Origin: Octopus sinensis
Taxonomy: Eukaryota
Reading direction: 5' to 3'
Assembly (NCBI RefSeq): GCF_006345805.1
Contig: NC_043005.1
Location: 77,810,001-77,874,000, forward strand
Length of the DNA: 64,000 nucleotides
Shown here: piece by piece, positions 54,121 through 64,000 of the stretch
Position numbering within the stretch: position 1 is the first letter of the stretch
Layout: each line of letters opens with the position of its first letter
Made by a program: the position numbers and the translations under genes
Notes under the pieces: generated by a model
The model's input: only the letters and a program-made list of their open reading frames with translations
Database searches by the model: none
What the model was told of the DNA's origin: nothing

Positions 54121-54725
54121 CAATTTTCTAGTTATAGCTGGTGATCTGAATGCTAAACTAGGACCCGATGAGACCAAGTTTACTTTCAACTCTAAAACTA
54201 ATCGGAACGGGGAAATGCTCAAAGACATTTTAGAGGAATTTAATCTTTACACCTCCAACAATTATTTTATGAAACCAAAAGTACAACTTTGGACATTCGA
54301 GTATCCACTTGGTGATAGAGTACAAATTGACTACCTCATTTTTCGAAAGAAGTGGCGCAATAGTGTCAAAAACTCGAGATCCTACTCTTCCTTTAGTTAT
54401 GTTGGCTCTGACCACAGCATTGCATCAACTACCGTTAAGCTTAGTCTTCGCTCATCCAAAAAAAGCTAAGCCTCACCCAATGAAAACGATCGACTGGGAT
54501 GAAGTCTCGTTAACCCCGATATGTCCAAGCAATTTACTATTGAGGTCTATAAAAAATTTCAATATTTGTCTACTTCTGAAACAGATGCTGAGAACATTGA
54601 AGAAGTCTACAGCAGCCTCATCAAATCAACAGAGGAAGTTGCATTGGCTACTCTTCCCAAAAAGAAGAGTAGGGGCCAGAGAAAACCTTCTAATTCTCCA
54701 AATGTCATCGAAGCCAGAAACCATC
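54121..54725 (+). mobile_element. AP-endonuclease fragment of an RTE-type LINE
   Basis: IAGDLNAKLG..NRNGEMLKD..WTF..QIDYLIFRKKWRNSV..GSDH motifs. Confidence 0.8.
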
Positions 54726-55299
54726 TAATTCTCTTTCAGCCAAGATTTGAAACCAATGTTATGGTGGCGAACAAACAGAATCGTTTGCACACGAACAAAA
54801 TGCTTAGCAGTGTTTCGTTCGTCTTTACATTCTGAGTTCAAAGTCGACTTCGCTTTCATCCCTTCGGGGCCTATAAAATAAGTACCAGTTGAGTAACGGG
54901 GATCAATATAATCGACTAACCCTTCTCCTAAATTTCAGGCCTTAAGCCTATAGTATAAAGGATTATTTCTCTCCACGGAGATCAATGCATTGGTAGAATA
55001 AGTGGGGAGAAGGCAGATTATCTTAGTTCTGAAACTGTACGGCCCGAGTTAAAATCTCGACAAGGTCAACACTGATTTTGTCTTTCAGGGTTCGAGAAGG
55101 AAAAAAGCAAAATACACCGCCCCAGATTTGATCGATGAAATCGACCATATACTTCTCATAAAAATTGTGATCTTGTGACAATATTACGAATCATTATATT
55201 TCAATACATTACTAAAGATAAAGTAAATACTTCTTCGGGCTCATCAGGTCTGTTACCCTGTTTCCATGACGTATAAAAGACCGAGATCACAATAATTCC

Positions 55300-57205
55300 C
55301 TTAGACCTATATAAACTATATAGGCTCCTGGGCCTAAATAGTGTATATAGTGACAAGGGCCTGTACAGTCTAGGCCCCCTTGTCCAATATACACTATATA
55401 GGCCCTGGGCTTATATTTATGTATATAGGGACAGGTCTATATAGTTATATAGGCATCCAGGGCCTGTATGTACTATAGTCCCCCTGGGCCTATATACATT
55501 ATATAGGCCCCTGGGCCTACATAGTGTATATAGGGACAAGTGCCTGTATAGGCACCTGGGCCTATATAGTGAATATAGGGAAAGTGTCTGTATAGTATAT
55601 ATAGGGACAAGTGCCTGTATAGTGCAGGCCCCCTAGTCATAAGCCTCCTAGGCGTGTATACATTAAATAGGTCCCTGAGACTATATACACTCTATAGGTC
55701 CACGGGCCTATATACACTATATAGGCCTCTCGGTGCCTGTATAGCCTATATAGGCCCACCATGGCCTATATTGACTGAGCCTTTATAGTCTCTGAAAAAA
55801 TACTGGGCCTATATTGCAACTTCTGCACCTGTGTAGGATTTGGATGAAAATTTTCAAAATATTTCAATTGATTTACTTGAAATCACTGAAAAACTATTTA
55901 GGCTATTTAGACCATCCCCCGGTATTATATAACCTATATAGGCCCAGGGTCCTATGTGGTCTATATTGGCACCCATGTGTATAAATAGCTTATGTAGTTT
56001 CCTAAGCACACTCTAGGAACACCTGGCCCTATATTGCAACTTCTGCACCTGTATAGGATTTTTATGAATATTTTGAAAAATTTTTCAAAGGAATTTGATG
56101 AAAATTTTAAAAAACATTTCAATGGAATTTGATGAAAATTTTCAAAATTTTTCAAAGTGTTACATGAAATCTCTGAAAAGATTTTCAGAAGAGTTTGATG
56201 AAAATTTTGTTAAAACTTTTCAGTGTTTCACGAAATATTTTTCAAATCTTTCATTGAATTCCTTCGGAAAGTTTTTCAAAATTTTCCTCAAATTCCTTTG
56301 AAAAATTCTGCAAAATCTACATCAAATTCTTTAAAACATGTTTTCAGAATTTTCATCATTTGAAAGTTTTTCAAAATTTTCTTCAAATTCCTTTGAAAAG
56401 TATGTCAAAATTTTCACCAAAATCCTCTGAAAGTTTTCAAAATTTTTATCAAATTCATTTGAAAAGTTCTTAAAAGTTTTCCTCAAATTCCTCTGAAATG
56501 ATTGTCAAAATTTTTACCAATGTCCTCTAAAAGGATTTCAAAATTTTAATCTTATTCCTAAGAAAAGTTTTTCAAAATTTTCCTCAAATTCTTTTGAAAA
56601 GTCTTTCAAAATTTTCAGCGAAATCCTCTAAAAGTTTTTCAAAATTTTCATCCAATCCATATAGGGACAGTGGGGCTGTATAGACTATTTAGGGTCCCTG
56701 GTCAAATATAGTGTATATAGGCACCCTTGGCCTATATAAATTATCGGCCCACTAGGCGTATAACATTATATATGCCACATTGGCCTATATACACTATATA
56801 CGCTATGTGGGCCTGTATAGTCTATATACGCACCCTGCTCCAATAAAGTGCATATAGGCCCCCTGTGCCTATATACAATATAGGCCCCTTGTCCCTATAT
56901 ACACTATATAGGCCCAGTGCCTGTAGTTTGTCAAAATTTTCACCAAAATCCTCTAAAAGGTTTTCAAAATTTTCCTTAAATTCCTTTTGAAAATTTTCTC
57001 AAAATTTTCACCAAAATCCTCTAAAAGTTTTCCAAAATTTTCCTTAAATTCCTTTTGAAAATTTTCTCAAAATTTTCACCAAAATCCTCTAAAAGCTTTT
57101 CAAAATTTTCCTTATACACATTATATAGATCCCTGGGCCTATATACACTATGTAGGCCCCTGTGCCTATATAGTGTATATATACACTATACACTATATAG
57201 ACCCC
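55300..57205. repeat. Compound satellite: 27-bp hairpin units interleaved with 33/35-bp AT-rich units
   Basis: Type I is GGGCCTATATA-CAC-TATATAGGCCC. Type II is AAAATTTTCACCAAAATCCTCTAAAAGGTTTTC, with a 68-bp dimer at 56933, 57001 and 57069. Confidence 0.85.
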
Positions 57206-57214
57206 TTGGCAACT

Positions 57215-58150
57215 AGCAGGAAAAGTACTCCGAAGAACTTCCGGAACGCATAAACCAGGTCTTTTGTTATTGAAACTTCAAAATATAAATTTCAGAACAA
57301 TTAAATCCTATTTGATGACACCCACTATCGACAAAAAATGTGGTATTGTGATGGGAACGAAAGTAGCCCTGTTCTTGCGAACCTAATAGTGTGATATTTT
57401 GAATTCTCCATGTATGAAGTGTCACTGTAAAAATATGGACATCCATTTCACCATTATATAAGAGAGAATTGTAAAAGATATCTGGATGACTGCTTTATCT
57501 ATTGGAATGAGATCATTGAGAAACTTAAATCAATACTAAATAGTATAAACCCGAACATTCAGTTTATAATGGAATTTAGCAAAGAAAGACTCACTTTCTT
57601 AGATATTTTGGTAAAAAATTAACAACCAAATTGTATCTGACATTTATCATAAACCAACAGACTCGAAGCAATATTTTCTGATTAGCTCATGCAACTCGAA
57701 ACACATCAAAAGAAATATTCACTTTAATTTAGCGAAAATGATTTGCACAATAGTGTCTGATGGAAATACTCAGGATTTCCGTCTTCAAAACATCAGAACA
57801 ACACTAACCGAGTGACACTATCCAACCTCACTTATAGATGATGGAATTAAAGGTGCCAAGAAAATAGGTATTAAAACACTAAGGAAAACAAAACGGAACA
57901 CCACACTTCATCTCAAAATACTACCGCATGTATCAACTCACCATCCTAGAAACAATGAGGCATATAATACTATTGTACAAAATCTACCAATGCTCACTAA
58001 GGATTCAAAAATGAACAACATTCTGAAAAGAAATTCATCAAACGTAAAAAGTAACCCAAATCGCTGAAAAGGCTACTGACAAATGCAAATCTATACACAA
58101 TAACCACGAAACCAATGGTTAAAAAATATTGACGACCAAACTGTGGAGCA
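57215..58150 (+). mobile_element. Penelope-like element RT fragment, degenerate
   Basis: HYRQK..GIVMGTK..LANL (about 57320-57385), RYLDDCFIYW (57476), FLDILVK and YHKPTDSKQY remnants. Confidence 0.8.
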
Positions 58151-58162
58151 AAAATTCTTCGC

Positions 58163-59037
58163 AGTGTAATTTGTACTCAATTTATCGACCCCGAAAGGAT
58201 GAAAGGCAAAGTCGACCTCGGCGGAAATTTGAACTCAGAACGTAACGGCAGACGAAATACTTATTTCTTTACTACCCACAAGGGGTTAAACATAGAGGGG
58301 ACAAACAAAGACAGACAAACGGATTAAGTCGATTATATCGACCCCAGTGCGTAACTGGTACTAAATTTATATACCCCGAAAGGATGAAAGGCAAAGTGGA
58401 CCTCGGCGCAATTTGAACTCAGAACGTAAAGATAGACAAAATACTTATTTCTTTACTACCCACAATAGGCTAAACACAGAGAGGACACACAATGACAAGC
58501 AAACGGATTAAGTCGATTACATCGACCCCCAGTGCGTAACTGCTACTTATTTAATCGACCCCGAAAGGATGAAAGGTAAAGTCGACCTCGGCAAAATTTG
58601 AACTCAGCACGAAATACCTATTTCTTTATTACCCACAAGAGGCTAAACACACAGGAGACAAACAAGGACAGACAGACGGATAAAGTCGATTATATCGACC
58701 CCAGGGCGTAACTGGTACTTAATTTATCGACCCCGAAAGGATGAAAGGCAAAGTCGACCTCGGCGGAAATTTGAACTCAGAAAGTAAACACAGACGAAAT
58801 TCCTATTTCTTTACTACGCACAAGGGGCTAAACACAGAGGGGACAAACAAGGACAAACAAACGGATTAAGTCGATTACATCGACCCCAGTGCGTAACAGG
58901 TACTTAATTTATCGACCCCGAAAGGATGTAATGGCAAAGTCGATCTCGGCGGAATTTGAACACAGAACGTAACGGCAGACGAAATACGGCTACGCATTTC
59001 GCCCGGCGTGTTAACGGTTCTGCTAGCTCACCGCCTT
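58163..59037 (-). repeat. Tandem SINE-A array: one head, four tails and a final partial body (~184-bp period)
   Basis: Tail ends near 58261, 58445, 58618 and 58803. Only the unit ending at 59037 has the tRNA head. Confidence 0.9.
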
Positions 59038-59624
59038 GAATGCCAGCCACATTGACTGGAATGGTAGCAGCTCCTAGGCCTGTGATTAACACATAACATT
59101 TCACATTTTACTATCCAAGAACAAGGGATAGCTGCTAAAACCCTGATCAATAGGAGACTTAAGGGCGACTCTATGAACATAAGCAAACCACCATATAAAT
59201 GAATAAAATACAAAACACACACACAAACAAAATACACACACAAATATACACACACATACACAGTAATGATGTATACACACACACACACATGTATAGTGAA
59301 GTGATATGCACACTTAACGTGAGGCAAGTTTCTCCACAAGGGCGCGTATATAATATCGACAAATTCAAATATCTATTAGCACCAAAGACCGTCTTGAATT
59401 AAAGAAAAGAGTCTTGTCACTTTATTAGTGGCTGATTTGAATTCTGCGCAATGATAACATAAAAAACCTCATAACAAAAACACATACTCATTCATATACA
59501 CACGCACACACACATATATGTATATACACACACAAAATCATATTCTCACATATATATATATATAATATATATATATATAATATAATATATATATCTGCTA
59601 GTATCCATGTGTCTACATACTTTC

Positions 59625-60050
59625 CTATTCACTTACCTACATACCAACCTACCCACCTACCTACCTACCTACCTACCTACCTACCTACCTACCTACCTAC
59701 CTACATACCTACCTACCTACCTACCTACCTACATACCTACCTACCAACATACCTACCTACCTACCTACCTACCTACCTACCTACCTACCTACCTACCTAC
59801 CTACATACCTACCTACCAACATACCTACCTACCTACCTACCTACCTACCTACCTACCTACCTACCTACCTACCTACATACCTACCTACACATACCTACCT
59901 ACCTACCTACCTACCTATCTACCTACCTACCTACTACCTACCTACCTATCTACCTACCTACCTATCTACCTACCTACCTATCTACCTACCTACCTATCTA
60001 CCTACCTACCTATCTACCTACCTACCTACTTACCTATCTATCTATCTATC
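59625..60050. repeat. (TACC)n microsatellite with interruptions
   Basis: Directly visible. Source of the YLPT-repeat ORFs. Confidence 0.95.
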
Positions 60051-60217
60051 AATCTATCTGTCATGTGTGTGTGTTTGTGCGTATGTGCGTGTACGTATAT
60101 ACATACATATAATCAACTATAACGAAGCAGGAGTGTAAGGATTTTATATATTTTTTTACTACGTATGTATATATGTATGTATACACACACATGTATGAAT
60201 ATATATATATATAATAT

Positions 60218-60253
<36 letters not shown>

Positions 60254-60361
60254 CATACATATATATATAAAATAACGAAGGTGGATCGACTCATTATAAA
60301 ACCAAAAGAAAAATTCAACTGTTACTAATAGTGATAGAGAGTGCATATATGTGTATATATA

Positions 60362-60399
<38 letters not shown>

Positions 60400-60438
60400 T
60401 ATATATATACACATACATAGAAATATATATATATATAT

Positions 60439-60478
<40 letters not shown>

Positions 60479-60785
60479 ATGTACGCATAGAAATATATAT
60501 ATATATATATATGCACATACATATACACACATATATGCATGTATGCGTAAGCTTATTACTGACTTCGTCTCTTCATGGGTTAACGACCTGATGTCACATT
60601 CAGTCAGTTATTAACAGTGTACACGTGCTTAGGTGTATGGGCATGCAAATATCGCCTCAGAAGTGGTTGAACAAAGGACAGGCAATTTATCAACGTCGTG
60701 GAGAGATTTAAAGGTAATTAGATGGAAACATGCACCCAAGCATGCGTGCATATATATACATACATACACACACATACATATATAT

Positions 60786-60845
<60 letters not shown>

Positions 60846-61105
60846 ATATATATATATAATATATATATATGTATATGTATATGTATATATATATACATAT
60901 ATATATATATACATACACACACACACACACACATATATATACATATATATATACATATATATACAAATATATGTATGTATATATATGTGTATGTGTAAGT
61001 ATGTGTGTATAAGCAGTTTTGTATATAGACGTATAAATAGAAGATGCTTAACTAGAAAAATATATGTATATACATGCAGTGAGTTCCTTTAGATACTTAA
61101 CTTTC

Positions 61106-61335
<230 letters not shown>

Positions 61336-62824
61336 ATTATCATTATGATTATTTCAAAGACAGCGACCTGGCAGAATCTTTAGCACGTTGGACGAATCAC
61401 TTTGTAGTATTTCGCCCGTCGCTACTTTCTGAGTTCAAATTCCGCCGAGGTCTACTTTGTCTTTCATCCTTTTGGGATCAGTGAAATAAGTACCAGTTGA
61501 AAACTGGGGTTGATATAATCGACTCATCCCCACCTTCCTCAAGCTGCCCTTGTGGAAAAAATTTGTAATAATTATTATTATTATCATTATAATTTTTAGA
61601 AAGGCGGCCAGCTGGCAGAGTCGTTACCACTATGGACAAAATGGATATCAGTATTCATCCAGCTTTACGTTCTGAGTTCAATTTCTGTTGAGGTCAACTT
61701 CGCCTTGCGTTTTTTTTGGGGGGTCGATAAAACAAATACCAGCTGAGTACTGGGATCGATGTAATCGACTTGCTCCCTCCCCCCAAATTGCTGGCCTTGT
61801 GCCAAATTTGAAGCGATGATGAGCGATTAATGAACCCGTAACCACGTGGTTGTGAAACAAGCTTCTTACCACACGGTCACGTATATCACAACAGTTTCTT
61901 GCCATTGAGACATGTGGTCAGGTAGATTTTTATAACGTGTCTCCGAGCAATCTTCGGGCTATGTGAACATGGTTTCTTCTACTTTAAAACAGGAGGCTGG
62001 TACATGAAAAGCCACGAAAAACGAAAAAAAACAACAAAAAAAAAACGAGAAGGTTGATGCTAAAAAGTGGAATGTGAAGACACAGAGTGAATAAAAATTA
62101 GAAAAGGAACGGAAAGAAAATTGGTGTAACTCCAATACAGTGCATGTTAAATGATATTTATATATGTATAACCAAAATAATAGATATATTAACAGGGTTA
62201 ATTAAGTAATTTTTTTGAAGATTAAAGAAAAAAGTGATTAGCGACTTTCATCAATTTTCGAATCTTATTGGGTTCTCATGACCGGTGTCTACATCAATTT
62301 CGACTACCCCAAAGAAATAGGGGACAAACAAGGACAGACAAACGGATTAAGTCGATTACATCGATCCCAGTGCGTAACTGGTACTTAATTTATCGACCCC
62401 GAAAGGATGAAAGGCAAAATCGACCTCGACGGAATTTGAACTCAGAACGCAACGGCAGACGAAATACGGCTACGCATTTCGCCCGGCGTGCTAACGTTTC
62501 TGCCAGCTCGCCAAAGAAATAAACATTCAATCTGTATATATTCTGAACGATTACAGAAGATACAAAAATCTGGAACAACTAATTTGCATACAGAAAGTGT
62601 CAATACTTTAATTAATATTCAGGGGTCTATGAAAGAGTATCTTAGTTCACATTGACTGCGGCCAAGCGGAGACACCATTTTAAAGGGTTTAGTCGACCAA
62701 ATTTGCCACAGTACTTGTTTCTTTTTAAGCCTGGTAATTATTTTATCAGTCGCCTTTTCCGAACCGCTAAGTTACGGGGACGTCAACACACCAACACCGG
62801 ATGATAACCGGTGCTGGATACAGA

Positions 62825-62864
<40 letters not shown>

Positions 62865-62922
62865 GCTATTCGATATTTAAGAATTAGTTTAATAAAAACT
62901 TTCAGCATTTCTCTTCCGACAG

Positions 62923-63150
62923 GGCGGCGAGCTGGCAGAAACGTTAGCACGCCAATGTAATGCTTAGCAGCATTTCGTCTGCCGCTACGTTCTGAGTTCA
63001 AATTCCGCCGAGGTCGACTTTGCCTTTCATCCTTTTGGGGTCGATTAAATAAGTACCAGTTACGCACTGGGGTCGACATAATCGACTTAATTCGTCTGTC
63101 TGTCCTTGTTTGTCCCCTCTACGTTTTGTCCCCTGTGGGCAATAAAGAAA
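62923..63150 (+). mobile_element. SINE A, full length
   Basis: Head, body and AAAGAAAT tail. A minus-strand copy lies at 62310-62513. Related copies are near 20905, 31295, 37526, 41650, 53275, 53943, 54770, 61355 and 61605. Confidence 0.85.
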
Positions 63151-63806
63151 TTAAAAAATTCTATTCCGTATTTTCACACATTAACTTGTGTAGACTGAAT
63201 CATGTAAAATGTTAGAGAAAGAAACCTATTTATTTGTTGCAATTCATATCAATACATCTAAAGGAAAATATTTTCAGGAGCCCTTAATATACTATTGTAA
63301 ATCCCCAATTTACTATTTTTTTGTGTGGAACCCCGCCCCAATTTGATATGGACCCTCAGGAGCCATGTGGACCCTGGTTGAGAACCACTGGTTTAGATCT
63401 CAATTATAAAAAAATGCGAAACAATTATTCTATGCTAATTTAGTTAATTTTATCAAGCTCCCTTTGCAGTTTGTAAGATAGTAATTTAAATGTGATAAAA
63501 AATTTTAAAAGAAATTTTTAAGTGCCTACGTAATAACTGTAAACCTCCTTTTTGACCACCCTGTATGTATTATCTCTCACACATAGCTTTCATTTTGTTT
63601 AAAACTTCTTTCTGATTGGATAAAAATGATCAAACTTTAGAGTTTTGTAACATTTTTCTAATTTAAAAAAAAAATAAATGCATCAATAAATCAGATTCAA
63701 CATGAAAAGGTACACCAATATACCAAATTTGAAAATTTTCCCTTAATTTCAAAATTTCAAAATCTGTGACGGCAACGGAAATGATCTCTCGCTCTCTGTC
63801 TGTCTG

Positions 63807-63861
<55 letters not shown>

Positions 63862-64000
63862 TTCTCTCGCTTTCTCTCTTCGTCTGTCTCTTTCATTTTC
63901 TCATGATAAACTTCCCCACTCTCTGTAAAAGCATATCGCTCATGCTGAAAGAGTGTGTCGCGCTTGTCAATACATGTGCGTAAGGAATTTCATTAGGGCG

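Noticed and set aside
59607-60122. 171-aa YLPT-repeat ORF
   Set aside because: Translation of a (TACC)n microsatellite.
63340-63567. hAT-like (GTTGAGAACCACTG) and Tc1-like (TTTTGACCACCCTG) single termini
   Set aside because: Isolated ends without partners or coding remnants.

Overview
AT-rich, microsatellite-saturated eukaryotic non-coding DNA. The SINE, LINE and microsatellite repertoire looks like an Octopus-type cephalopod genome; this is inferred from repeat-family recognition, not a database hit. I found no intact host protein-coding gene, rRNA, true tRNA or CRISPR array, and nearly all ORF-track entries are translated microsatellites or antisense shadows of transposon ORFs. The window holds two large decayed R4/Dong-clade retrotransposons (RT plus restriction-like endonuclease) at 1-3714 and 49015-53179, three further Dong fragments, and Tx1-like, CR1, RTE-type and Penelope fragments. 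DNA transposons include Tc1, mariner, Chapaev-like, pogo-like and Helitron derivatives, and there are dozens of tRNA-derived SINEs. The most notable observations are: a modular SINE set (two heads by three tails, several with target-site duplications); (AAT)n hubs filled by several element types with strict polarity; a 26-bp tandem array at a Dong 5' end; a GAA/poly-Glu tract inside both Dong ORFs; hammerhead-ribozyme motifs in Penelope-like terminal repeats; tandem headless SINE arrays; a ~300-bp palindrome; and a 1.9-kb compound satellite built from palindromic units.
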